From a virus: DNA of 64,000 nt. Positions within the stretch are counted from its first letter, which is position 1; the number at the start of each line of letters is the position of its first letter. The notes below the pieces were generated by a model that searched no databases, was not told where the DNA came from, and was given only the letters and a program-made list of their open reading frames with translations. Positions 1 through 8,308 of this stretch are shown piece after piece. The position numbers and the translations under genes were made by a program. The DNA lies in the IMG/VR virus record IMGVR_UViG_3300036978_000319, positions 14,532 to 78,531 of that record. One strand, written 5' to 3'.

Positions 1-2
1 AC

Positions 3-455
3 ACGGTATCGGAATCTTCGGTTAGAGAATACCCAGATCTATGTATTGATGACTCTGATGTTGTACTAAGGGTAAGGAAGAACGGCAGAATTGATAGTCT
101 TGATGAACTTATTGCTGCACTAATTCAGGTTGAGAGCTCCGGGCGAAATGATGTGATTGGAGACAGTCATATGGGTGCGCCTTCAGTAGGATGCCTGCAG
201 ATTAGACCAATTATGCTAAGGGAGGTTAATAACATCCTGGCTAAAAAGAGTGGTGGAGTAGGGTATGCAATGAAAGACCGCACTAACCGTAATAAGTCAA
301 TCTCAATGTTTCGGACATGGGCTGCTAAACATCATAAGTCAGACTCGTTTGAAAAGATTGCTCGTAACTGGAATGGAGGGCCTTTAGGCTATACAAAAAC
401 TAGTACTGAACCATATTGGGAGCGTGTCCAAACCTATGCAAAGAAAAGGTTATAG
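3..455 (+). CDS. Lysozyme-fold / lytic-transglycosylase-like protein (i-type/SLT-like), 5' truncated by the window edge
   Basis: The frame is open from position 3, upstream of the tracked start at 153. It reads LIAALIQVESSG (catalytic Glu motif), GCLQI and ARNWNGGP, which are typical of i-type lysozyme/SLT-like folds. Confidence 0.7.
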   Translation, partial: TVSESSVREYPDLCIDDSDVVLRVRKNGRIDSLDELIAALIQVESSGRNDVIGDSHMGAPSVGCLQIRPIMLREVNNILAKKSGGVGYAMKDRTNRNKSISMFRTWAAKHHKSDSFEKIARNWNGGPLGYTKTSTEPYWERVQTYAKKRL

Positions 456-459
456 GATC

Positions 460-924
460 TTATCTAAAGTCACTAAACTTTGGTAAGCCAGCGTTCTGCT
501 TCTCCAACTCATTTCTAAGATAGTGTTTAGCAGTTACCATGTACTCTTTAGCAAGAACTATCTTTGACTGCCACCAGTGTGGGAAGTCAATCTCTTGACC
601 AGACTGTTCCAATTGTGATAACATTTGCTCAAGATCAGCTGCATATCTTGAGATGGTCATAAGATCACTTGCCATCATACCAGCTTCATCATCAGTATGA
701 CCAAGATCTAGGTCTTGCCCTTCGGCCACACTTGGCTTAAGTTTATCCCAATGAGGACTACCAACTGATTTACGAGTTGGATAAACGTCATAGCCTTGTC
801 TTTCAGGCGAATCGTATGCATTAGAATTCCCGCCTGCCTGGCTGTCCCAGAAACTTTTGAAGTCACTGATGGTACCCATATAGTAGCGAATTCGCTCCAG
901 CTCTTCTCCCTGTTGTGTTGTCAT
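460..924 (-). CDS. Hypothetical protein, likely internal head protein
   Basis: 154-aa ORF. It has a helical domain MMASDL...WWQSKIVLAKEYM..AKHYL of a kind I recall from T4-like phage proteins, plus 'DFKSF' and 'KFSDF' motifs resembling the head-targeting motif. Confidence 0.55.
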   Translation of the reverse strand: MTTQQGEELERIRYYMGTISDFKSFWDSQAGGNSNAYDSPERQGYDVYPTRKSVGSPHWDKLKPSVAEGQDLDLGHTDDEAGMMASDLMTISRYAADLEQMLSQLEQSGQEIDFPHWWQSKIVLAKEYMVTAKHYLRNELEKQNAGLPKFSDFR

Positions 925-1172
925 TTCTTAAACTTTTCTCTTAACCTATGCAGTTCAACCCTAATCTTAAGACGCTCTTCATCAAGCTTGTCCAGCCTCA
1001 TTAGGAATTCATATCTCTTAATTGCATAATTGTCACCTCTTGTCTGGGCATCTTTATATCGCCTTAAGTTGGTTTGAATCCTGTCACTAAGTCTCTTGCT
1101 AGTTTCGCCTGGACTAAACTCATACTTGCCGGCTTCATACAAATGAAACTCATTAAAATTAAGTATCTCCAT
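921..1172 (-). CDS. Hypothetical basic protein with head-targeting-like N-terminus
   Basis: Probable start at MEILNFNEFHLYEA (ATG at 1172). Overlaps both neighbours in operon fashion. Confidence 0.55.
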   Translation of the reverse strand: MEILNFNEFHLYEAGKYEFSPGETSKRLSDRIQTNLRRYKDAQTRGDNYAIKRYEFLMRLDKLDEERLKIRVELHRLREKFKK

Positions 1173-1491
1173 TTGCATTGCCTTTATGCCTTTCATCTAT
1201 CTTACTACAAACAGCCTTTTTGGCCTCTTCTATGTAGTCATCACCCTTATGAGTAGGGTCGTCATCACCCTCATACAGTTTGGCTTCTCTAGCCGCAATT
1301 GTACTAATCTGGTCCATGTGATATGCCATTGGCTTCATGCTATACCCGGTAGTTGGGATTGATCCGGCTGCCATGTTAGGTATTTGCACGGCAGGACCAA
1401 ACCCAGCAAGCATAAGCTCCTCGGTAAGAAAGTCATTAAATGAAGGTATATTGGCAGTTGCACCAGTCTTTTTATTTAGGCTATGTTTCAT
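1159..1491 (-). CDS. Hypothetical protein with head-targeting-like motif
   Basis: 110-aa ORF containing NIPSFNDFLTEE; downstream of a minus-strand GATATATA. Confidence 0.55.
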   Translation of the reverse strand: MKHSLNKKTGATANIPSFNDFLTEELMLAGFGPAVQIPNMAAGSIPTTGYSMKPMAYHMDQISTIAAREAKLYEGDDDPTHKGDDYIEEAKKAVCSKIDERHKGNANGDT

Positions 1492-1519
1492 ATGAGTCTT
1501 ACTTATGTTATATTTCTAA

Positions 1520-1529
1520 AATATATATC
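1520..1529. promoter_or_regulatory. Divergent late-promoter-like motif (GATATATA on minus, AATATATA on plus)
   Basis: AATATATATC lies in the short gap between divergent ORFs starting at 1491 (-) and 1547 (+). Confidence 0.55.
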
Positions 1530-1546
1530 ATAGATCATCATACATC

Positions 1547-1762
1547 ATGTCAGACTATTATCGCTCGGCCTCATTTAAGAAGTTTATTGAGGGCGATATG
1601 CCTAAAATTGCAGAGGCTCTTGTTCGTATTTCAAAGCAGTTAGAACTTCTTAATGAACGGGAAGAACGCCGGTTTAAGTTAGATGAAAGGCTAACCATTA
1701 CTAAAATTAAGTCACAAGTAAAAGAACTAAATGAAAGCAAAAGAACTGCACAAGATAGCTAA
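1547..1762 (+). CDS. Hypothetical coiled-coil protein
   Basis: 71-aa ORF; first gene of the plus-strand run. Confidence 0.55.
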   Translation: MSDYYRSASFKKFIEGDMPKIAEALVRISKQLELLNEREERRFKLDERLTITKIKSQVKELNESKRTAQDS

Positions 1763-2000
1763 GTCAGAGTTTATTGAACTCCTTTGCTCAGGTGCTATGG
1801 TTTATGCTAAGAAGGATAGGTCCTGGCAAAAGCAGCATCTTACGGTAGATAATGCTAAGGATCCGTGGTTCTTTACGTGGACAGCCGACGGCAACAAAGC
1901 CACGGCCAAGTCTACTATTGGGATCATTATTAAAACCCAGCTTGAGAGTTGGTGTATAGCAAGAGAAAACGAAGGTTGTTCATTTTATAAGACGGCATGA
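1731..2000 (+). CDS. Hypothetical protein
   Basis: 89-aa ORF with an ATGA overlap into the next gene. Confidence 0.55.
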   Translation: MKAKELHKIAKSEFIELLCSGAMVYAKKDRSWQKQHLTVDNAKDPWFFTWTADGNKATAKSTIGIIIKTQLESWCIARENEGCSFYKTA

Positions 2001-2341
2001 ACTCTTTTGGCTATACATGGCTATTCCTGCTGCTTGCACAGGTTTTAGTCTGGTTACAACTCAATGGTCAGTTTGTGTGGCCTTGGTTTAAGAACAACAC
2101 AACTCTAACTGCAGTTCTGTTTGCCATTCCAATCTCACTTTTGTTTACTCACTATCAAAAGCATGCATATGTAATTTTTGGCCAGTCTCTTTGGTCGATT
2201 CGGCTCTTTGGGTTTGGTATTGGTATGATCATCTTTTTTATAATGACTCTTATCTTTAGAGAGGAAAGTCTTAACCTAAAGAATGCACTCTGCATTGGCC
2301 TATCAGCCGGAATTGTTCTTATTCAAGTATTTGTAAAATGA
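1997..2341 (+). CDS. Small four-TM membrane protein (SMR/DMT-like)
   Basis: 114 aa with four hydrophobic segments and a C-terminal 'E-S-L-N-L-K-N-A-L-C-I-G-L' pattern like DMT/SMR transporters. Confidence 0.6.
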   Translation: MNSFGYTWLFLLLAQVLVWLQLNGQFVWPWFKNNTTLTAVLFAIPISLLFTHYQKHAYVIFGQSLWSIRLFGFGIGMIIFFIMTLIFREESLNLKNALCIGLSAGIVLIQVFVK

Positions 2342-3159
2342 AAAATCCCTATAGTGTTTTAGGTGTTGAGCGCAATGCTACTGATGAAGAGCTTAAGAAG
2401 GCGTACCGCAAGCTTGCTATTCAACATCATCCTGATAAGCCGGGCGGAGACGAGGCTAAGTTTAAGGAGATTGCCGATGCATATGATCAACTAACTAACC
2501 CAAAGAGAAAGCAGACCAGTGATCCGTTCGGTGGAGGCTTTGACTTTGGTTCATACTCTAGTGTCTTTGAACAAATGATGCAGGATCGAGGTTGGTCAAA
2601 TCAGTTCAATCAGCAGTTCGGTAATACAAAGGGGCGTGACGTACAGGCAGCGATTAACATACCTATTAGTGATGCCTATCATGGCATAAAGAAACAGATT
2701 AACATTGGTCTTAAGTCAGTAGAGATCTCAATCCCGGCTGGGGTTAAGACAGGACAGAGACTAAGAATTAAGGGTCATGGACAGCGAGGCTATGGTTCAG
2801 AAGACACTAACGGTGATCTTATCGTTGAGGTGACCGTTACTGACAGCACAAACTTCTTCCTTGACAATGCAGGTCTTCATACCATAGCCCAGCTTGATGC
2901 TCTTGACATGATGCTGGGCACTGAGACGCAGGTCAAGGTCTTTGACAAGTCATACCGCTTTACCGTGCCGCCGGGAACACAAAACGGACAACACCTTAGA
3001 ATGAAGGGAAAGGGTTGGCCGGTGATGGGTAATACGGAAGAAAGAAGTGATCTCTACGTGACAACTTTAGTTAAGATTCCTAGTGACTTAACAGACGAAG
3101 AGATACGCGCGCTAGGAAAGGTAAGAGATCATATAAATGAAAGACGAGGGCAGCGATAA
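2338..3159 (+). CDS. dnaJ: DnaJ/CbpA-type co-chaperone (J domain plus C-terminal domain, no Zn finger)
   Basis: J domain (PYSVLGV...AYRKLAIQHHPDK, HPD motif), a G/F-rich linker and DnaJ_C repeats (IPAGVKTGQRLRIKGHG; VPPGTQNGQHLRMKGKG). Confidence 0.93.
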   Translation: MKNPYSVLGVERNATDEELKKAYRKLAIQHHPDKPGGDEAKFKEIADAYDQLTNPKRKQTSDPFGGGFDFGSYSSVFEQMMQDRGWSNQFNQQFGNTKGRDVQAAINIPISDAYHGIKKQINIGLKSVEISIPAGVKTGQRLRIKGHGQRGYGSEDTNGDLIVEVTVTDSTNFFLDNAGLHTIAQLDALDMMLGTETQVKVFDKSYRFTVPPGTQNGQHLRMKGKGWPVMGNTEERSDLYVTTLVKIPSDLTDEEIRALGKVRDHINERRGQR

Positions 3160-3379
3160 GATACATAGGATGTTGGATGAAATCCAGCGGAGAAACTTTT
3201 CATACTACATGGATATGTGTTATGAGTCAATGATCTCTTATCCTGAACAGGTAATTGGACTTAACCTACCGCTTGAGTCTAAATTAGCAACTATGGACCG
3301 GATCATTCAGCACTTTGCTGACCGTGATGAATTTGAAAAGTGTAATGAACTAAACAAGATAAAAGTAGAGATCAAATGA
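3137..3379 (+). CDS. Hypothetical protein with UVR-like C-terminal helix pair
   Basis: 80 aa; ends in DEFEKCNELNKIK, resembling the UVR motif. Confidence 0.55.
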   Translation: MKDEGSDKIHRMLDEIQRRNFSYYMDMCYESMISYPEQVIGLNLPLESKLATMDRIIQHFADRDEFEKCNELNKIKVEIK

Positions 3380-3555
3380 AAGAAGTACTTGAATTTATAT
3401 TTAGCAGCTGGGTACACTATCTAGGCACTCTCGTTATGCTGCTTGTGATAAGCAAATGGCGCCTAGTGAAGATTGTTAACCAGGGAGATGATGGAATCAT
3501 TGATAAGCTGGCCGCAATCGGAAGGGCTAAGCAGAGTGACTCTCCGTCTGAATGA
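3376..3555 (+). CDS. Small membrane protein (59 aa, absent from the ORF track)
   Basis: Translated by hand: MKEVLEFIFSSWVHYLGTLVMLLVISKWRLVKIVNQGDDGIIDKLAAIGRAKQSDSPSE*. ATGA overlaps at both ends. Confidence 0.6.
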   Translation: MKEVLEFIFSSWVHYLGTLVMLLVISKWRLVKIVNQGDDGIIDKLAAIGRAKQSDSPSE

Positions 3556-3556
3556 T
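3526..3556 (+). repeat. 31-bp direct repeat, copy 1 (left flank of the AAA gene)
   Basis: GCTAAGCAGAGTGACTCTCCGTCTGAATGAT; 29/31 identical to 4765-4795. Confidence 0.9.
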
Positions 3557-4769
3557 ACTACAAGACATCCTACCACATCTCAAAGAAGCCCTACATACCA
3601 ATCAGTTCCTGGAGGGTGGCGCCATTCTTGGTGCCTTGGCTGCTATTGCTCATGGGATAAAGAGTCTGATCGTCTTCCTGGTCAATCGTGTTATGCGGGT
3701 CATCACCTATCATTCGGTCTTCCAGGAGCACTCATTTACCTTCAATGCAGTCTCTCACATGATTGCAACTAAATATAGCGATAAGCCAAGGAGTGTTGAG
3801 GTGCAAAGCAGGAAGAGCGATAAGGGCCGCTACAATACGATGATGCCGGTTGATGATTCATTTGTCATTTGGCATGGCATAGTGCCAATCATAGTGCAGT
3901 CGAGCACTCGCCAGATGGAGAATGCTGGCTCTGATGGCAAGCCACTCCACCGGACAATCTCACTTACCACATGGTTTTTTAGAGCTCGTCTACATGCCTT
4001 AGTTGAGGATGCAGCCAATGCATGGCAACTCTCATGTGATGCAGAGGATTTGGGTTGGATTTGGATCTCAAACGATCGAGGCTGGACGAGAGCGAGCACA
4101 GTGCCTAATCGGCCTATCTCAACCGTCATTGGGCCTGCGGCTACTAAAGCATATTCGGACCTATACGAGTTTATTCAACAGCGTGAGTGGTATGGGAAGA
4201 AGGGATTGGCCTATAAGCGTGGCTATCTCCTTTGGGGACCACCTGGCACTGGTAAGACCAGTCTCTGTAAGGCCTTGGCTAGTGAGTTTGGTCTTGACAT
4301 TTGTGTACTCAACCTGGCCTCTCTAACTGATGAAAGCGCAGTGAGTGTTATGAGTGAACTGGGTCAGATTGGTAGCCAAAGGCCTAAGATCCTTTTAATC
4401 GAAGATATTGACTCCTATGTTGATGGTCGGACTGTCAAGAAGAAGGACTTGCGCTTCTCAACACTGCTTAATATCTTTGATGGGATCAGTTCTCAAGATG
4501 GCACCATTCTCATCATCACCACCAATCACTACCAAAACTTGGACCCTGCTCTGATTAGGCCGGGTCGTGTAGACCTGCAATTGGAGGTTGGTCTGCCGGA
4601 ATCAGCCGAGATCAAAGCCTATTTAGAACTATTTTATGGCCATCCAATTGAGGGGGTTGATTTTAGTGGAGTCTCAATGTCAATGGTACAAGAGACGTGT
4701 GTCAGCAATAAACATAACGCAACCGAATGCATACAATCACTTAAAGAGCACTGCAATCAAAAGAGCTAA
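3552..4769 (+). CDS. BCS1-like AAA+ ATPase with N-terminal TM segment
   Basis: Shows YKRGYLLWGPPGTGKTS (Walker A), LLIEDID (Walker B), STLLNIFDG and TTNH...LDPALIRPGRVD (SRH). An N-terminal TM and BCS1_N-like region complete the BCS1 architecture. Confidence 0.88.
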   Translation: MILQDILPHLKEALHTNQFLEGGAILGALAAIAHGIKSLIVFLVNRVMRVITYHSVFQEHSFTFNAVSHMIATKYSDKPRSVEVQSRKSDKGRYNTMMPVDDSFVIWHGIVPIIVQSSTRQMENAGSDGKPLHRTISLTTWFFRARLHALVEDAANAWQLSCDAEDLGWIWISNDRGWTRASTVPNRPISTVIGPAATKAYSDLYEFIQQREWYGKKGLAYKRGYLLWGPPGTGKTSLCKALASEFGLDICVLNLASLTDESAVSVMSELGQIGSQRPKILLIEDIDSYVDGRTVKKKDLRFSTLLNIFDGISSQDGTILIITTNHYQNLDPALIRPGRVDLQLEVGLPESAEIKAYLELFYGHPIEGVDFSGVSMSMVQETCVSNKHNATECIQSLKEHCNQKS

Positions 4770-4795
4770 GCAGAGTGACTCTCCATTTGAATGAT
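4765..4795 (+). repeat. 31-bp direct repeat, copy 2 (right flank of the AAA gene)
   Basis: GCTAAGCAGAGTGACTCTCCATTTGAATGAT; includes the AAA gene stop codon. Confidence 0.9.
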
Positions 4796-4850
4796 TTAAC
4801 AATTCCTTAACATTGAGGCGGTACTGGTTAGAAAATTTTAGTTATATTTA
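4788..4850 (+). promoter_or_regulatory. Repeated ~63-bp early-promoter cassette, copy 1
   Basis: TGAATGATTTAACAATTCCTTAACATTGAGGCGGTACTGGTTAGAAAATTTTAGTTATATTTA. Near-identical to 5900-5962 and ends in TATATTTA, resembling the Bacteroidota -7 element TAnnTTTG. Confidence 0.75.
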
Positions 4851-4877
4851 ACTATCAACAAACTAAACCATACCACC

Positions 4878-5381
4878 ATGAATGTAACACTTCTTAAAAT
4901 CAAGGAAATTATACGCGAGAACAAAGGCTCATCTTATGCGAGTCAATTTGAAATGATCTCCTATCTTATTGAGCTTGATAAAGATAGTCCTACCAACCGA
5001 TTTACGCTTGCCGATGACATTCATCCATACCACAGTTTCTCAACCAATACTCGCATTGCAGCTTATGTAGGCGGGTTTCTGACTAATGCAGAGATCTGTG
5101 GACAAGGTGATCCCTATAATCCGCTGTACCGCATCTATGAACTTGCCACTCGTGTTCGGCTATTCTCTGCCCTCCATTCAGGTGGGGTTATCCTGGAGCA
5201 GCTAGTTAACCTGGATCATAGGGATGCTCCTGACTATGTGGATGCCTATTTTATGAAGGGAAAGTTTGTATTGGAGCCTGGGTTAACTCGCACACTATTA
5301 GAGGAAGAGTTGGAGTTTATTCATCGTGAGGCACCAGAACTCATCAATATGTGGGTTAACGAATCTGTCGTTGCAGCATGA
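4878..5381 (+). CDS. Hypothetical protein (early)
   Basis: 167-aa ORF directly after the promoter repeat. Confidence 0.65.
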   Translation: MNVTLLKIKEIIRENKGSSYASQFEMISYLIELDKDSPTNRFTLADDIHPYHSFSTNTRIAAYVGGFLTNAEICGQGDPYNPLYRIYELATRVRLFSALHSGGVILEQLVNLDHRDAPDYVDAYFMKGKFVLEPGLTRTLLEEELEFIHREAPELINMWVNESVVAA

Positions 5382-5728
5382 TCACACGAGAAACCCTAGG
5401 AGAAATTCCACTGCATAAGAGTCTTCTTCACCCAAGTATCCTAGCCCTGCCAACTGGGAGATGGGCCGTTTATCCAGGAGGAGGTTGGTATCTTATTTCA
5501 TGTGATGTGACAGTTGGTGACATAGAGTCAAGATGGAATAGGTGGCAGCCTAGCGAGAGTGCTGGGCCAAAGGTAAAGGACGGTAAGACCTGGCAGGTGC
5601 TTGGTAGTAAGGGATCTTCTTATCAGGTGAGTGTAAGCTCCAATAGGTGGAGTTGCACGTGTGCTGGCTTTGGCTTTAGACGAAAGTGTACTCATATAGA
5701 TAGGATTAAATTAGAGATCTCTAAATGA
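5378..5728 (+). CDS. SWIM zinc-finger protein
   Basis: GSKGSSYQV...WSCTCAGFGFRRKCTHI matches the CxC-x(n)-CxH SWIM motif. Confidence 0.85.
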   Translation: MITRETLGEIPLHKSLLHPSILALPTGRWAVYPGGGWYLISCDVTVGDIESRWNRWQPSESAGPKVKDGKTWQVLGSKGSSYQVSVSSNRWSCTCAGFGFRRKCTHIDRIKLEISK

Positions 5729-5886
5729 ACCTTTACATAGAGTATCTTACTTGGCTTTGTGAGAGTGGAGAAATGTGGGACGCTGTTTGTGATAGTATAG
5801 CTTTAGTCATGGACGCAATTAAGGCGGGTGGGATTATCTCCTACAATAGCATAATGTTAAACAATGAGTTTGGTGACACTGAGTGA
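5725..5886 (+). CDS. Small hypothetical protein (53 aa, absent from the ORF track)
   Basis: MNLYIEYLTWLCESGEMWDAV...; ATGA overlap with the SWIM gene; fills the gap before the promoter repeat. Confidence 0.45.
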   Translation: MNLYIEYLTWLCESGEMWDAVCDSIALVMDAIKAGGIISYNSIMLNNEFGDTE

Positions 5887-5899
5887 TGTTGTGCCTACC

Positions 5900-5962
5900 T
5901 GAATGATTTAACAATTCCTTAACATTGATGCGGTACTGGTTAAGAAATTTTGGTTATATTTA
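5900..5962 (+). promoter_or_regulatory. Repeated ~63-bp early-promoter cassette, copy 2
   Basis: TGAATGATTTAACAATTCCTTAACATTGATGCGGTACTGGTTAAGAAATTTTGGTTATATTTA. Confidence 0.75.
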
Positions 5963-5986
5963 CTGGTAACCATCAAACAAACCATT

Positions 5987-6325
5987 ATGACAAACAAAGA
6001 GATTAAACAGGCACTTCTCATACCAGGTACACAATTCACAGTTGACCGTACTGCAACTAGCCACGGAGGAAAAAGCATTTTTGAAATGAGCAGGTACACT
6101 GAAGACCGAATGCGGCCGGGTGATGGCATGAGTGTTGATGATAAGAGCAGGTACTGCTCAAATGCCAATGTTGACAAGATCACTGCATCGTCAATTAGCT
6201 TTTATATGTACTCGCCATTTGGTACTTGCCTGATAGACAAGATTAAGTTTTCAGAGATTGAGATTATTAGAGTAGGCAAAGTAAATCCTATACCAACAGA
6301 CATTCAACTATCAACAAACCAATAA
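5987..6325 (+). CDS. Hypothetical protein (early)
   Basis: 112-aa ORF after the promoter repeat, with an A-rich leader. Confidence 0.65.
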   Translation: MTNKEIKQALLIPGTQFTVDRTATSHGGKSIFEMSRYTEDRMRPGDGMSVDDKSRYCSNANVDKITASSISFYMYSPFGTCLIDKIKFSEIEIIRVGKVNPIPTDIQLSTNQ

Positions 6326-6327
6326 AC

Positions 6328-7638
6328 ATGATTGCACAAGAACACTCTGAAGGCCTAAGCCGCCTGGCTGCATTCACTTCCATAATGGCAGGATCAAGTT
6401 CCAGCCTTAAGAAAAAGCAGATCCTTTTAGATCACTCTAGGGATGCCTTTATTATTAAGGCAATGGAATATACATACAATCCATATAAGAAGTTTGGAGT
6501 TCATAAAAAGACGGCCGATAAGAATCCTAGCCTATCAATTGATCTCTATTCAGATCTGTGGGGTATGTTGGACGATCTAAATGAACGCCGCATTACTGGT
6601 CACGATGCCATTGCAGCCGTCAATGGTTTCACCGCTCAACTGGGTTCAGCCGAAAGAGATATGGTCTTTGCTATCCTGGATGGTGATCTAAAGATGAGAG
6701 CATCAGGAACCCTAATCAATGATGTTATTCCAGGTACAATCCCTTCGTTTTCGGTTGCACTAGCTCAAAAGTATGAGCCTAAATATGCTGATTTTGAACG
6801 TGAGGTATTTTACGGTTCGCGAAAGCTAGACGGCGTAAGGTGCATTTGCCGAAAGGAAGGCAATAGTGTTACCTTCTATTCTCGTGCTGGGCATGAGTTC
6901 ATGACACTTAGCAGAGCTGCTGATGAAGTGCGCAAGATCCCTGGCAACTTTGTTTTGGACGGCGAGGTTTGCCTAGTTGATAAGAACGGCACTGAGGATT
7001 TTCAGGGTGTTATGAAGCAGATTAAAAAGAAGGACTTCACAATGCCTAATCCAATGTATCTTCTCTTTGATATGCTAACTCTTGACGAGTTTGACTCTGA
7101 AGGCATTCTTTGTGAAACACCTCTCTCTGATAGACTTAATCGTATCACAGAGGCTCTAAACTCGCCTGGGGTAAACGGTGGCATTCTTAAGAAGGTTAAC
7201 CAGGTTCAAATGAACGATGAAACCTTTGGTGAACTAACTGCACAAGCCGCAAGTTTAGGATGGGAAGGCATTATGATTCGTCGTGATGTAGCCTATGTAG
7301 GTAAGAGAAGCTCTGATCTATTAAAAGTTAAAAAGTTCTATGACGATGAATATATTGTCCTAGAGGCTCATATGGGCCCTATTCGCTGGGTTGAGGGTGG
7401 TGTTGAAGTTGAACGAGACTGCTTAAGTTATGTTGTAATAGAGCATAAGGGTCACCGGGTTAGAGTAGGTTCAGGTTTTTCCAAAGAGCAGCGTGACAAC
7501 TACTATAAGAACCCTGCCAACATCATAGGTAAGACTGTGTGTGTAAAGTACTTTGAAGAGACCCACAATCAGTTAGGCGGTATTAGTCTTAGGTTCCCAA
7601 CCATTAAGCATATCTATGAGGGATCGCGGGATGTTTAG
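6328..7638 (+). CDS. lig: ATP-dependent DNA ligase
   Basis: Motif I RKLDGVR, III LDGEV, IIIa LFD, IV WEGIMIR, V LLKVK, and an OB-domain motif VI SLRFP. Confidence 0.95.
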   Translation: MIAQEHSEGLSRLAAFTSIMAGSSSSLKKKQILLDHSRDAFIIKAMEYTYNPYKKFGVHKKTADKNPSLSIDLYSDLWGMLDDLNERRITGHDAIAAVNGFTAQLGSAERDMVFAILDGDLKMRASGTLINDVIPGTIPSFSVALAQKYEPKYADFEREVFYGSRKLDGVRCICRKEGNSVTFYSRAGHEFMTLSRAADEVRKIPGNFVLDGEVCLVDKNGTEDFQGVMKQIKKKDFTMPNPMYLLFDMLTLDEFDSEGILCETPLSDRLNRITEALNSPGVNGGILKKVNQVQMNDETFGELTAQAASLGWEGIMIRRDVAYVGKRSSDLLKVKKFYDDEYIVLEAHMGPIRWVEGGVEVERDCLSYVVIEHKGHRVRVGSGFSKEQRDNYYKNPANIIGKTVCVKYFEETHNQLGGISLRFPTIKHIYEGSRDV

Positions 7639-7825
7639 AAGCGCCAGTGCACGCATTGAACATGGTGCGCTAGGGCTAAAACAGAATCTCTTCCTGGAGT
7701 GTCATATCCTACTCTCATATCATGAAAGAGTTCAAGAACGCGGAAGATTCTCAAGATACTTTGGTCAGCGGATCACGTCTATCGTAATTAGAGTCAGTGA
7801 CGCAATATATAGTGAGATGGCATGA
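7631..7825 (+). CDS. Possible small hypothetical protein
   Basis: Fills the gap between ligase and deaminase, overlapping both. Confidence 0.3.
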   Translation: MFRSASARIEHGALGLKQNLFLECHILLSYHERVQERGRFSRYFGQRITSIVIRVSDAIYSEMA

Positions 7826-8259
7826 ATGAAGGTTTTTTTATAAGAGTCCTGGCCGAGCTTAAACGCGAGTCTAAGTGTGTCTCTCGGCAGGTGTCTGCTC
7901 TGATTGTCAAGGACGGTCGCATTATTTCAACTGGCTACAACGGTACTCTTAAGGGAGCTCCTAACTGCTGTGATGTTCATAACCCAGATTCATTTGACCG
8001 CGAGGAGCATCATGCATGGTCTCTTATGAATGAGATCCATGCCGAGCAGAATGCAATTGCAGTTGCCGCTAAGACAGGAATAGGCCTAGGAGGGTGCGTA
8101 TGTTATTGCAGCCTACAACCGTGTAACACGTGTCTCTTGCTTCTTATCCAGGCTGGAATTAGGGAGATTGTCTATGTTGATGCATATGATAAGTGCAATT
8201 GGTCACCTGGTCTTATGCGCACAGTTAGAGATCTTGGCATAGTCATTAGACAAGTTTAA
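7822..8259 (+). CDS. dCMP deaminase
   Basis: STGYNG, IHAEQNAI and PCNTC zinc-binding motifs. Confidence 0.93.
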   Translation: MNEGFFIRVLAELKRESKCVSRQVSALIVKDGRIISTGYNGTLKGAPNCCDVHNPDSFDREEHHAWSLMNEIHAEQNAIAVAAKTGIGLGGCVCYCSLQPCNTCLLLLIQAGIREIVYVDAYDKCNWSPGLMRTVRDLGIVIRQV

Positions 8260-8284
8260 CACAGTGTTAGTTATTAGACCTGGC

Positions 8285-8292
8285 GATATATA
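8285..8292 (+). promoter_or_regulatory. Late-promoter-like GATATATA
   Basis: 16 nt before ATG 8309; same octamer precedes many structural genes. Confidence 0.7.
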
Positions 8293-8308
8293 GCAAAAAG
8301 CAGGTCCA

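Noticed and set aside
3473-4326. Alternative-frame ORFs overlapping the AAA gene (3473-3772, 3830-4129, 4003-4326)
   Set aside because: They lie largely or wholly inside a well-supported gene and have no recognisable motifs.
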